24,000 bases of DNA from Carnobacterium alterfunditum DSM 5972 (GTDB taxonomy: Bacteria; Bacillota; Bacilli; Lactobacillales; Carnobacteriaceae): the NCBI RefSeq assembly GCF_000744115.1, contig NZ_JQLG01000004.1:1686190-1710189 (forward strand), in the 5' to 3' direction. The notes under the pieces are model-generated. The model made no database searches, was not told the origin of the DNA, and saw only the letters and a list, made by a program, of their open reading frames with translations. Numbering within the stretch: position 1 is the first letter of the stretch; each line of letters begins with the position of its first letter. The translations under genes were made by a program, and so were the position numbers. Shown here in pieces: positions 1-8,598 of the stretch.

Positions 1-373
1 CCAGTTGAGAATGGTCGGCATAAGCGGCAACAACCGTTAATGGACCAAAATAACTTCCGGTTCCGACTTCATCGCTGCCAATAACTGACCAGTTGCTAAA
101 ATCTTTTGGTAAAGGGGTATTCAAAGATGAAGCGGACGATTCTTTTTTTTTTGGTGCGACAATGGAGGCTTTGGATTTCCAAACAGCCGCTTCTTTTTCA
201 GAATTTGCACCTTGAAATAATACTTTGCCGGAATTATACCCCGTTATATTTACGGCTTCTTTTTTAGCAGCAAAAAAACCGCCAGGAGGAGTAGATGATT
301 TCAAATAATCAGTGTAATACTGTTTCATATCTATTAACGTTTTTTTGGAAACTAAGAGTACTTCATTAGACAT
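1..373 (-). CDS. rnhC: Ribonuclease HIII, N-terminal part (gene continues beyond the left edge of the window)
   Basis: Reverse-strand translation reads MSNEVLLVSKKTLIDMKQYYTDYLKSSTPPGGFFAAKKEAVNITGYNSGKVLFQG...SVIGSDEVGTGSYFGPLTVVAAYAD. This matches the RNase HIII N-terminal domain followed by the GSDEVGTG catalytic start. An alternative in-frame ATG lies at 385. It is missing from the ORF track because it is truncated by the window edge. Confidence 0.8.
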   Translation of the reverse strand, partial: MSNEVLLVSKKTLIDMKQYYTDYLKSSTPPGGFFAAKKEAVNITGYNSGKVLFQGANSEKEAAVWKSKASIVAPKKKESSASSLNTPLPKDFSNWSVIGSDEVGTGSYFGPLTVVAAYADHSQL

Positions 374-529
374 TGTGTCACTCATTTCTTATTATTAATG
401 CATTAGATAATAGTTTACCATATAATTCCAACCATTATAGGAGTGATATTAAAATGAAACGAAAAAATGTGCAACTATTAGGTGATTCATGGTAAAATAA
501 GGGAAATGTAATTTTTAGGAGGGGCGGCC

Positions 530-826
530 ATGTCAAAAGGGAAAATTCGGTATAAAACTACTATAGCAGGAAGACCTTACACGATTATCGGAGCTAGACC
601 CGAAGAACACATGAGGTCAGTGTCTAAAATGGTAAATGAGCAAATGCAACAGATTGAATCATTATCAAAAGGGTTGGACTCCGAACGTAGAGCAGTTTTA
701 GTAGCGGTAAATGCTGTATCGGATCAAATTAATATGCAAATAGAATTAAATACTTTGCAAAAACAAATAGTAGAATTAGAAAAGAAATTAGAGAAAGCTC
801 AGGAATTGAAAATAAGCGAAGAATAA
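530..826 (+). CDS. zapA: Cell division protein ZapA
   Basis: 98 aa with SD AGGAGG upstream. The N-terminal beta region (KTTIAGRPYTIIG) plus a C-terminal coiled coil is typical of ZapA. The rnhC/zapA/cvpA/mutS2 order is conserved in Firmicutes. Confidence 0.85.
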   Translation: MSKGKIRYKTTIAGRPYTIIGARPEEHMRSVSKMVNEQMQQIESLSKGLDSERRAVLVAVNAVSDQINMQIELNTLQKQIVELEKKLEKAQELKISEE

Positions 827-849
827 ATTCCTGAATAAAGGTGATAAAT

Positions 850-1401
850 ATGTTGATGACAGTTCTTATAATAGTTGTTTTGGCCATAGGAGCTTACAGT
901 GGAGCTAGAAGAGGTTTGATTCTTCAATTCGTTTTGACAGTAGGTTACTTTGTTTCATACTTATTGGCAAGTCAGTATTATCAAATACTGGGACCACATT
1001 TAGAATTGATCGTCCCATATCCGTCTGCATCTGAAAGTAGTCAATTCGTTTTTTATGATCAAGCATTAGCTTTTAATTTGGATGGTGCTTTTTATAATGG
1101 TGTTGCATTTATCATCATCTTATTTATTGGGTGGTTGATCACACGGTTTATTGGCGGGTTATTAAATGTTGTAACAGTTATTCCTGTCATAAAGCAGTTG
1201 AATGCTTTAGGTGGGGCATTGTTGAATTTTATCGTTTCATACGTTGCTGTATTTTTAATTTTATTTTTATTGACGATGCTTCCGGTAGATGCAGTACAAG
1301 AAGCATTTAAGAATAGCTGGTTAGCACGTACGATTTTAGAAGACACACCAGTCATTTCAACACAATTGTATAACTGGTGGATAGAATTATCATTAAAGTA
1401 A
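850..1401 (+). CDS. cvpA: CvpA-family membrane protein (colicin V production protein homolog)
   Basis: Polytopic membrane protein in the position of B. subtilis yshB/cvpA after zapA. ATG at 850 is preferred over the track GTG at 841 because of the AAAGGTG SD spacing. Confidence 0.75.
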   Translation: MLMTVLIIVVLAIGAYSGARRGLILQFVLTVGYFVSYLLASQYYQILGPHLELIVPYPSASESSQFVFYDQALAFNLDGAFYNGVAFIIILFIGWLITRFIGGLLNVVTVIPVIKQLNALGGALLNFIVSYVAVFLILFLLTMLPVDAVQEAFKNSWLARTILEDTPVISTQLYNWWIELSLK

Positions 1402-1549
1402 GCAATCAGTTAAATAGTTTTAAAAAAATCGTTTCTCTTAAATTAGGGGGACGATTTCTTGATGTCAGCCAGATAATCATAACTTTCAACAGAAATAAGT
1501 TTAGAAAAATGAAACTTAATTAAATAAAATTAAGTACGAGGTGGAACAG

Positions 1550-3916
1550 ATGAATAAAAAAATCCTTCAAACACTAGAATTCAATAAAATTATCCAAGCT
1601 GTCGTAAATCTTGCAGCATCTGATTTAGGGAAAGAACACGTCTTATCTTTAGCTCCTTCAATCAATAAGGAAGAAGTAGAATCGTGGCAAGATGAAACAG
1701 AAGACGGAACAAAAATTTTGAAATTACGAGGTAGAATGCCGATTCCAAAATTACAAAATGTTCGTCCCCATCTAAAACGTTTGGATATCGGTGCTAGCTT
1801 AAATGGATTAGAAATCGCACAAATCGGAAAAATTTTGCGTACAACTTCTGAAATAAATCGTTTTTTCGAAAAATTAAAAGAATCTGGAATTGAAATGAAA
1901 CGGTTATATGATTTAGCTGAAAACTTTATTACAACACCTGCTTTGAATCAATCGATTCGTGAAAAAGTAGATGAAGACGGCCTTGTTATGAGTGATGCAA
2001 GTCCTGCTTTAAAAGGAATACGCACGGGCATTAAACGAGGGGAAAATAACGTTCGTGAAAAATTAGATGGGATCGTTCGCGGAAAAAGTGCGCAGTATTT
2101 AAGTGATACGATCATAACGATCCGCAATGATCGGTATGTCATCCCTGTGAAACAAGAATACCGCAGCCATTTTGGCGGCGTGGTACATGACCAAAGCTCG
2201 ACAGGTCAAACCTTATTTGTTGAGCCGCAAAGTGTAGTAGAATTGAATAATCGCTTACGTCAGCTTCAAATTGAAGAACGTCGTGAAATCGATCGTATCT
2301 TAGCTGAAATTTCAAATGAAATCGCCCCATATAGCAAAGATATTTTAAATAATATGTTTTTATTAGGGAAATTAGATTTTATTGGTGCAAAAGCAAGTTA
2401 TGCTAAAACAATTGCTGCTAATCGTCCATTTATCAATGATGAAAATGAAGTGAAATTATTAAGTGCACGCCACCCTTTACTGGATCCTGAATCTGTTGTA
2501 GCGAATGATATTTTAATTGGCGGAGAAAATCAAGCAGTCATTATCACAGGCCCAAATACCGGTGGGAAAACCATAATCCTAAAAACATTAGGATTATTGC
2601 AATTGATGGGACAATCAGGGCTGCAAATACCTGTTGCTCCAGATAGTCAAATCGGCATATTTACTGAAATATTTGCTGATATTGGAGACGAACAATCGAT
2701 CGAACAAAGCTTAAGCACCTTTTCTTCACATATGACAAATATCGTTTCTATTCTAGACCGGATGGACAACAAAAGTTTGATTATTTTTGATGAACTGGGA
2801 GCAGGAACAGATCCACAAGAAGGCGCTGCTCTGGCAATAGCTATTCTGGATAAAGTAGGTACTGTCGGTAGTTATGTTATGGTAACGTCGCATTATCCTG
2901 AATTAAAAGCCTATGGCTATAATCGCCCACAAACAATCAATGCTAGTATGGAGTTCGATGTAGATACATTGAGTCCAACTTACCGTTTATTGATTGGCGT
3001 CCCAGGACGCAGTAATGCTTTTGAAATCTCTAAGCGATTAGGTTTAAGTGAAGAAGTGATCGATTCGGCTCGCCAATTGATTGATGGAGAAAGTCAAAAT
3101 TTAAATGAAATGATCACCGATTTAGAAAATAGACGTAAAATGGCTGAAACGGAATATCTTGAAGTACGTTATTATGTAGATGAAGCTGAACAACTGTATA
3201 TTGATTTACAAACAGCTGTGCAGCAGTTTTATACAGAACGTGAAGAACTAATGAAAAAAGCTCGTAAAAAAGCCAATAGTATTGTCGAAGAGGCAGAAGA
3301 GACAGCAGATCAAATTATTAAAGAGCTACGTAAAAAACAAATTTCAGGCCAGTATGAAGGTGTAAAAGAACATGAACTGATCGATGCTAAAAAGCAACTG
3401 TCTGGATTAAGACAAGAAGAAGCTTTAGCAAAAAATAAAGTGTTGAAAAAAGCCAAAGCGAAGCAAGTTATGAAACCAGGTGATGATGTTATGGTACAGT
3501 CATTTGGGCAAAAGGGCGTTTTAATGGAAAAAGCAGACAAAAACTTTTGGGTCGTTCAAATGGGTATGTTGAAAATGAAACTTAAAGAAAGTGATTTAAC
3601 TCTGACTGAGCCAGAAAAAGAACCTAATCGTAAAATGATCACTTCAGTACGTTCAGAATCAAGCAGTCATGTTTCGCCTCAATTAGATTTAAGAGGTGAA
3701 AGATATGAGAATGCTCTAGCAGAACTAGACAAATATTTAGATGCAGCTCTTTTAGCTAATTATCCTCAAGTTACGATCGTACATGGAAAGGGAACTGGAG
3801 CTATCCGCCAAGGCGTGACTGATGCATTAAAAAAACATCCTTCAATAAAAGAATTCCATTATGCTCCACCTAATCAAGGAGGAAATGGCGCAACGATAGT
3901 AGAATTCAAATCATAA
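1550..3916 (+). CDS. mutS2: Endonuclease MutS2 (MutS domain plus C-terminal Smr domain)
   Basis: Walker A GPNTGGKT and MutS ATPase motifs (STFSSHM, DELGAGTDP). The C-terminal Smr region reads LDLRGERYENALAELDKYLD...VTIVHGKGTGAIR. ATG 1550 follows a GAGGTGG SD; the track GTG at 1541 overlaps that SD. Confidence 0.95.
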   Translation: MNKKILQTLEFNKIIQAVVNLAASDLGKEHVLSLAPSINKEEVESWQDETEDGTKILKLRGRMPIPKLQNVRPHLKRLDIGASLNGLEIAQIGKILRTTSEINRFFEKLKESGIEMKRLYDLAENFITTPALNQSIREKVDEDGLVMSDASPALKGIRTGIKRGENNVREKLDGIVRGKSAQYLSDTIITIRNDRYVIPVKQEYRSHFGGVVHDQSSTGQTLFVEPQSVVELNNRLRQLQIEERREIDRILAEISNEIAPYSKDILNNMFLLGKLDFIGAKASYAKTIAANRPFINDENEVKLLSARHPLLDPESVVANDILIGGENQAVIITGPNTGGKTIILKTLGLLQLMGQSGLQIPVAPDSQIGIFTEIFADIGDEQSIEQSLSTFSSHMTNIVSILDRMDNKSLIIFDELGAGTDPQEGAALAIAILDKVGTVGSYVMVTSHYPELKAYGYNRPQTINASMEFDVDTLSPTYRLLIGVPGRSNAFEISKRLGLSEEVIDSARQLIDGESQNLNEMITDLENRRKMAETEYLEVRYYVDEAEQLYIDLQTAVQQFYTEREELMKKARKKANSIVEEAEETADQIIKELRKKQISGQYEGVKEHELIDAKKQLSGLRQEEALAKNKVLKKAKAKQVMKPGDDVMVQSFGQKGVLMEKADKNFWVVQMGMLKMKLKESDLTLTEPEKEPNRKMITSVRSESSSHVSPQLDLRGERYENALAELDKYLDAALLANYPQVTIVHGKGTGAIRQGVTDALKKHPSIKEFHYAPPNQGGNGATIVEFKS

Positions 3917-4032
3917 ACGTATGTGTAAAATAGTTCTCGAGATGATTTTATTTTTTACTAGCAAAATGAAAGAAGGCGTTCTATCATAAATGTATGCTGA
4001 GCGGCAAATACATAGATGAAAGAGGCCTTCTT

Positions 4033-5442
4033 ATGGATAGAATTATAACAAAATTATATGAAATAATAAAGGAATCGAGCGATTTAATCGCTACAGAGGA
4101 GTCTATACAACTCTATATGTATGAAGTATTCACTGAATTAGTAGGAGATATCTTCACCCATATGAATCAAGTGATCAAAGAACAAAAACAAGGCGAAGGC
4201 TGGAAAGTGAAACGAGACGATTGGAAAACCGTTCAGTTTATTTTTGGTCCTGTTCGTTATCGCCGTACCTTAATGGTCGATCAAGAGAGTCAAAATCATT
4301 ATCCGCTAGATGACTGGTTAGGCATTCGAAACTACCAACGCCATAGTCCACTCGTAGAAGTGAAAGTAGCAGAACTAGCTAGTAAGTGTACCTACCGGGA
4401 CACCGCTGAATTATTGAAAGAATGGACGGCAGTCACTATTAGTCACCAAACAGTCGGCAGTCTTCTTAAACGAGTTGGAGGAGCACAAGCACGTGAAGAT
4501 GAAGAAATGGTAGTAGAACTAGACGAAGCCGTCGAGTTGCCAGAAGGTAAAAAAGTGGACTATTTTTACGCCGAGGCTGATGGCATTTTTGTTCGTGGGA
4601 CGGAAAAGAGAAAAAGCTTAGAAGTTCGTCATGCGCTACTTTACGAAGGCTGGGAGAAAAATGGAAAGAGAGTCTCCTTAAAGGAGCCTAAAGCGATCAT
4701 GACGACTAAAAAAACGGCTGGTTTTTGGGCAGAAGTTCAAGCCTTTACTGCGAGTCATTATGCGTTACAACAAGCTCAAGTCATTACCAATAGTGACGGT
4801 GGACAAGGCTATACCGCAGACAAATTTCAAGAAGCCTTTTCTCAGTCGAACTATCCTGTAGTCAATCAGTTAGACTCTTATCACATCTTCCAAGGCTTAA
4901 ATCGCGCGTTTGGTTCACAGACTAGCCTCTTTAAACAGAAGGTCAATCAAGCTTTAAAAACACATGATTTAAATGAGTTAACAATCTGGTTGGATACTTA
5001 TGAAAGCACACTAGACGAGACACCAGCAGTGGAAAAACTGACTACCTTTAGAACATACGTATTACGGAATTGGGATCGAATTTTCGATTGGCGTGAAAAA
5101 GTAGAACAGGTTCCGCAGGACGCAAGAGGTTTAGGCGCAATGGAGTCGAATCAGCGGCATATTTCTTTTCGGATGAAAAAGCGTGGGATGCATTGGAGCG
5201 AAGAAGGCTGTGAAGCCATGGTAAAGGTAAAACAAGGCATCTTAAATCACACGTTACGTGACGCCTATCTTCACCAACAAAATAGGAGTACGAGACAACA
5301 ACGCAAGCTGAAACAAACGGTTCGTTTATCGTCGCTATTGCATCAGAAGACACGTCAGTCGGTTGGTGCAAAGGATGGGACAATGCCGTTGTATGCTTCT
5401 CATTCATCAGCAATGGGGAAACTCATAAAAAGTTTTCGTTAA
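4033..5442 (+). CDS. Transposase, probably ISLre2 / UPF0236 family
   Basis: About 469 aa from ATG 4033, which follows an AAAGAGG SD; the track start at 3994 lacks an SD. Size, the basic C-terminal tail and my recollection of the ISLre2/UPF0236 N-terminal pattern support the call, as does the IR-flanked context. The family assignment is from memory, not from a search. Confidence 0.6.
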   Translation: MDRIITKLYEIIKESSDLIATEESIQLYMYEVFTELVGDIFTHMNQVIKEQKQGEGWKVKRDDWKTVQFIFGPVRYRRTLMVDQESQNHYPLDDWLGIRNYQRHSPLVEVKVAELASKCTYRDTAELLKEWTAVTISHQTVGSLLKRVGGAQAREDEEMVVELDEAVELPEGKKVDYFYAEADGIFVRGTEKRKSLEVRHALLYEGWEKNGKRVSLKEPKAIMTTKKTAGFWAEVQAFTASHYALQQAQVITNSDGGQGYTADKFQEAFSQSNYPVVNQLDSYHIFQGLNRAFGSQTSLFKQKVNQALKTHDLNELTIWLDTYESTLDETPAVEKLTTFRTYVLRNWDRIFDWREKVEQVPQDARGLGAMESNQRHISFRMKKRGMHWSEEGCEAMVKVKQGILNHTLRDAYLHQQNRSTRQQRKLKQTVRLSSLLHQKTRQSVGAKDGTMPLYASHSSAMGKLIKSFR

Positions 5443-5452
5443 TTCCCTTCTG

Positions 5453-5490
5453 TTTGGGGAAGGTTCCTTGTTTTAGGAACCTTCTCCAAA
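5453..5490 (+). other. Strong 15-bp stem hairpin just after the transposase stop, with no U-tract
   Basis: TTTGGGGAAGGTTCC (5453-5467) pairs with GGAACCTTCTCCAAA (5476-5490) including one G-U pair, around an 8-nt loop. It is followed by CGGATGG, so it is not a canonical intrinsic terminator. Confidence 0.5.
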
Positions 5491-5633
5491 CGGATGGGCC
5501 AGCAAACGGCGGAGCCGTGCGGTAGTAGACGAGTGTACAAAAGTAGAACGCCTAAACTAGCAGGATAATAGGACGACCGAGAAAAACTTGACACAGACTC
5601 ATAAACCTTTTGGTAGATATTAAAAGAAATTTT

Positions 5634-5642
5634 TGCTATAAT
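5634..5642 (+). promoter_or_regulatory. Extended -10 promoter element (TGcTATAAT) upstream of trxA
   Basis: Perfect TGnTATAAT about 60 nt upstream of the trxA start codon, with only a weak -35. Confidence 0.5.
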
Positions 5643-5702
5643 AAACTGATGATGCAGCTTACTATTAATAAGCTGTAAAAATAGTTTTTGGGAGGAATAG
5701 TA

Positions 5703-6014
5703 ATGGTACAAGCAGTAACCGATGCAAATTTTGAAGCAGAAACAAAAGATGGTTTATCAATAACAGATTTTTGGGCAGCATGGTGTGGCCCTTGTCGCAT
5801 GCAATCACCAGTATTAGAAGAACTAGATGAAGAAATTGGGGATAAAGTAAAAATAGTGAAGATGGATGTTGACGCTAATTCTGAAGTACCAAGCTCTTTT
5901 GGTATTATGAGTATTCCTACGTTATTAGTTAAAAAAGACGGTCAAGTTGTTGAAAAGTTGATTGGTTATCACAATAAAGAACAAATCGAAGATGTTATCG
6001 CAAAATATAAATAA
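5703..6014 (+). CDS. trxA: Thioredoxin
   Basis: 103 aa from ATG 5703, 7 nt after a GGAGG SD. It has the WCGPC active site and typical thioredoxin length and fold pattern. Confidence 0.95.
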   Translation: MVQAVTDANFEAETKDGLSITDFWAAWCGPCRMQSPVLEELDEEIGDKVKIVKMDVDANSEVPSSFGIMSIPTLLVKKDGQVVEKLIGYHNKEQIEDVIAKYK

Positions 6015-6046
6015 TCAAAAATAATAAAAACAGGATTGGGACATTT

Positions 6047-7540
6047 TGAATTACTACCTTTAAACTAGACACTTAAAAAAACGATATTATGCAGTCCATA
6101 GAAGATGATCCCGATAAGCAACGGGGGTCATCTTCTTTAATTTTTTTTGATAACGACTATGATTGTAAAACGAAATATATTCTTCTACAGAATTCCACAA
6201 ACCCTGAAGGCTTTCATGTCTTTCTGAGAGGATTACGTCCTTCATATGACCAAAAAAGGACTCCATTGGGGCATTATCCCAGCAGTTACCTCTTCTAGAC
6301 ATGGATTGTATAAATCCCATTTTTTCAACATTACTTTGATATGTAGGATTGGTGTAGTGGAAGCCTTGATCAGAATGCAAGTATCTTTCTGTATAAGGCA
6401 TATCACTTGTGATGCATTCTAATTTTCCCAAAGTTTGATAAACCAAATTCATCTTTAAAGAAGTAGCGAAGTGGTGGGCAACGATCTCTCCTGTTGCACC
6501 ATCCTTAACGGCAGAGAGGTAGGCCATTTGGCTATTACCGTAAGGTAAATATGTAATATCAGTAAGCAATACTTTATAAGGCGTTCCTCTATCAAAATCA
6601 CGATTAACAAGATTTTTCTTGGTTTTGTGTTCTTGTGTTGCCTTCATCATTTTCTTGTAAGGTTTAGCTTTTCTAATGGGCGACATGATACCGTAGATTC
6701 GAAGGATTCTTCGAATTTTTTTATGGTTCATTACGATATCATATTCAGCTTCTAATGCCATCTTTATTTCTTCTACACCACATTTGTTTTTCTCAATGTA
6801 TACTTGATAAAGCAATTCGAAATCATTGCTGTCCTGTTCGTACCTCTTATAACGTGTGGCCTCATTGTTCTTCCAATAATAATAACCACTACGACTAACT
6901 TCGGCAATTTCACACAAAGACTTAACCATGCCTTTAAGACTATATTCTCGTATGATTGAATTGATTAATTCATACCGCTCACAGGTTTTCAGAACGTTTC
7001 CTTTCTCGTTTTTCACGCTCCTTCCTTGAAATTCTAATTTTTTTACTAAATCTAAATTGCCTTCCAGATACGCTATACGTGCTTTTGCTTCTTCCAGCTG
7101 CTCCTCGATAGATCCCATTTTTCCGCCTTCTGATCGTGTACCTTTCCCGCGAGTTTCGGTATGGAAGCCTTCTTGTCCTCTTATTGCCATACTATTTTTC
7201 CAACGACGCACACATTGATGAGCTTTTCCTTTGCCTAGAAGATCTTCAGGCAGACCAGCATTTTCAAATATGGCCGTTGAGGTCATTCCACTCTTACTTT
7301 CCTTTACTACTTTAATTTTAAAAACAGGCGAGTAGGTAATGCTTTTTGAAGATGCTGATTTTACATTAGGATTTTTTTGCAATATCTCTATTTCATATTC
7401 TGTATATAATTTTTTGCTCATCAAAGAAACCTCCACTTAGAAACAATTCTATTAAAGTATAACGAAAATAAAATAAAAAAATAACCCAAAAACTAAAAAC
7501 ACTCTTTTTTTTGAGTGTCTAGTTTTCGGGTAGGGTATCA
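6047..7540 (-). mobile_element. IS3-family insertion sequence
   Basis: Terminal inverted repeats: TGAATTACTACCTTTAAACTAGACACT at the left end (6047 onward) against the reverse complement of the right end, TGATACCCTACCCGAAAACTAGACACT (ending 7540). It has TG...CA termini. TTT is present on both flanks (6044-6046 and 7541-7543) as a possible 3-bp target duplication. Confidence 0.8.
6087..7421 (-). CDS. IS3-family transposase, OrfA and OrfB in one continuous frame
   Basis: N-terminal HTH region, leucine-zipper-like segment (IEEQLEEAKARIAYLEGNLDLVKKLE) and DDE/rve core (LLTDITY..., HSDQGFHYT, RRGNCWDNAPMESFF). ATG 7421 follows a GGAGG SD. An A7 run lies at the usual OrfA/OrfB junction (7038-7044). 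Confidence 0.9.
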   Translation of the reverse strand: MSKKLYTEYEIEILQKNPNVKSASSKSITYSPVFKIKVVKESKSGMTSTAIFENAGLPEDLLGKGKAHQCVRRWKNSMAIRGQEGFHTETRGKGTRSEGGKMGSIEEQLEEAKARIAYLEGNLDLVKKLEFQGRSVKNEKGNVLKTCERYELINSIIREYSLKGMVKSLCEIAEVSRSGYYYWKNNEATRYKRYEQDSNDFELLYQVYIEKNKCGVEEIKMALEAEYDIVMNHKKIRRILRIYGIMSPIRKAKPYKKMMKATQEHKTKKNLVNRDFDRGTPYKVLLTDITYLPYGNSQMAYLSAVKDGATGEIVAHHFATSLKMNLVYQTLGKLECITSDMPYTERYLHSDQGFHYTNPTYQSNVEKMGFIQSMSRRGNCWDNAPMESFFGHMKDVILSERHESLQGLWNSVEEYISFYNHSRYQKKLKKMTPVAYRDHLLWTA

Positions 7541-8431
7541 TTTTGATTCTTCCCCCGAATAATGATCTAAATAATAAACAATTTCTTTTTTGAGTTCTTC
7601 CTTTAATGAAAAATCTTCAATGGCTTCCAATAAATAAAAACCTTTTTTGATCCATAGTTCTGATTCAGTTTTACCTAATTTAGTTAAAACAATACCTTTT
7701 CGTACATACAGTACGCCAAGCATGCGGTACCTTCCATTTTTTTTACTTAATGCGATTAAATTATCTGCTTTTTCAAGAGCTTGTATATAGTTTTTATTTT
7801 CCATTAGCAAGTAAATTAAATTCATGGAGTATGCCAACTTTAATGCTGTTGCCTCATGAAAATGATCGTAATTTTCTAATTCTACTAAGGCACGTTTTGA
7901 AATGAGAAGAGAAGTATCAAAATCAAAGAAGAAAAGGATATTATTCAATAAATGTAATTCTGTTAAGTACCACTTATCGAGCTGAGCAATTCGATGCCAA
8001 ACTTTTTCGGCATGAGGTGCTGCTTGTGTTAAGTCATTGGTTTTTGAAAGTGTAATAAGAGCACTACAAATGTCAAAAATATCTTGTATAACATTATCTT
8101 TGTGTTCGGTTAAATAGATTTTCGCTGTTTCTTTAACTTTAAACAGAATCTTTAAATCACTATTTATGGCAATCGTTCTAAATTGATAGAGTATGGCATC
8201 TTTTCCCTGTAATTGATAGTCGTTATGAATGTAGTTGAATTCTTCATGGCTCATATCTAAATTATTTAAAACTTCAAAATATTTAGTGATGGTTGGAACA
8301 ATACTGCCCATTTCAAACTTAGTGTAGGTCGAGCGTGCCATTGCATCTTTTGCAACATATTGTTGGGTATAGTTTTTATTTTCTCTTATTTTTTTAAAAT
8401 CTTCACCAAAAGTTTGACAGATATATGTCAT
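7538..8431 (-). CDS. rgg: Rgg/GadR/MutR-family (RRNPP) transcriptional regulator
   Basis: N-terminal XRE-type HTH (FGEDFKKIRENKNYTQQYVAKDAMARSTYTKFEMG) followed by about 230 aa of TPR-like helical repeats, total about 297 aa. A divergent short hydrophobic peptide gene lies upstream. The stop codon coincides with the last 3 nt of the IS3 element. Confidence 0.8.
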   Translation of the reverse strand: MTYICQTFGEDFKKIRENKNYTQQYVAKDAMARSTYTKFEMGSIVPTITKYFEVLNNLDMSHEEFNYIHNDYQLQGKDAILYQFRTIAINSDLKILFKVKETAKIYLTEHKDNVIQDIFDICSALITLSKTNDLTQAAPHAEKVWHRIAQLDKWYLTELHLLNNILFFFDFDTSLLISKRALVELENYDHFHEATALKLAYSMNLIYLLMENKNYIQALEKADNLIALSKKNGRYRMLGVLYVRKGIVLTKLGKTESELWIKKGFYLLEAIEDFSLKEELKKEIVYYLDHYSGEESK

Positions 8432-8496
8432 TAATAAACCTTCTTCCAAAAAAAAATGTGATTATATGAACATTATATAGGAAAGTATAAATCATT

Positions 8497-8505
8497 TGCT
8501 ATAAT
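8497..8505 (+). promoter_or_regulatory. Extended -10 promoter (TGcTATAAT) for the SHP-like peptide gene
   Basis: Perfect TGnTATAAT 25 nt upstream of the peptide ATG, within the 98-bp rgg/shp divergent intergenic region. Confidence 0.55.
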
Positions 8506-8529
8506 GAAGTCAAAGTTAGGAGGGATTAC

Positions 8530-8598
8530 ATGAAGAAGATGTTGAAAAGGTTGGTAGCATTTTTGCCAGTAATCTGGTTCGTTGGCGGCGGAGGCTAA
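8530..8598 (+). CDS. shp: Short hydrophobic peptide (SHP-like) pheromone precursor, 22 aa: MKKMLKRLVAFLPVIWFVGGGG
   Basis: Not in the ORF track because it is too short. An AGGAGGG SD lies 6 nt upstream of the ATG. The peptide has a basic N-terminus, a hydrophobic core and a C-terminal VGG(GG). It is divergent from the rgg-like gene. This layout and the ...VGG ending resemble streptococcal SHP2/SHP3. Confidence 0.7.
   Translation: MKKMLKRLVAFLPVIWFVGGGG

Larger units (their letters stand above)
3964..5555 (+). mobile_element. IS element, ISLre2/UPF0236-like family (boundaries approximate)
   Basis: One large transposase-like ORF is inserted between mutS2 and trxA. A 10-bp inverted repeat is present: AGGCGTTCTA at 3974-3983 and TAGAACGCCT at 5544-5553. 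A 7-bp direct repeat ACTAGCA at 3957-3963 and 5556-5562 brackets it and is a candidate target duplication. Confidence 0.5.

Noticed and set aside
454-495. 13-codon ORF (MKRKNVQLLGDSW) with an AGGAG SD between rnhC and zapA
   Set aside because: It could be a leader peptide. However, it is very short, there is no associated attenuator structure that I can see, and conservation cannot be judged from one sequence. This is insufficient for a call.
5588-5593. Perfect TTGACA -35 hexamer upstream of trxA
   Set aside because: No acceptable -10 lies at 16-19 bp spacing (TGGTAG or GGTAGA only). The TGcTATAAT at 5634-5642 is 40 nt away, so the two do not form one promoter.
5439-5711. 90-aa minus-strand ORF between the transposase and trxA
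   Set aside because: It spans the IS end, the candidate target duplication and the trxA promoter/SD region on the opposite strand. It has no SD or recognisable domain.
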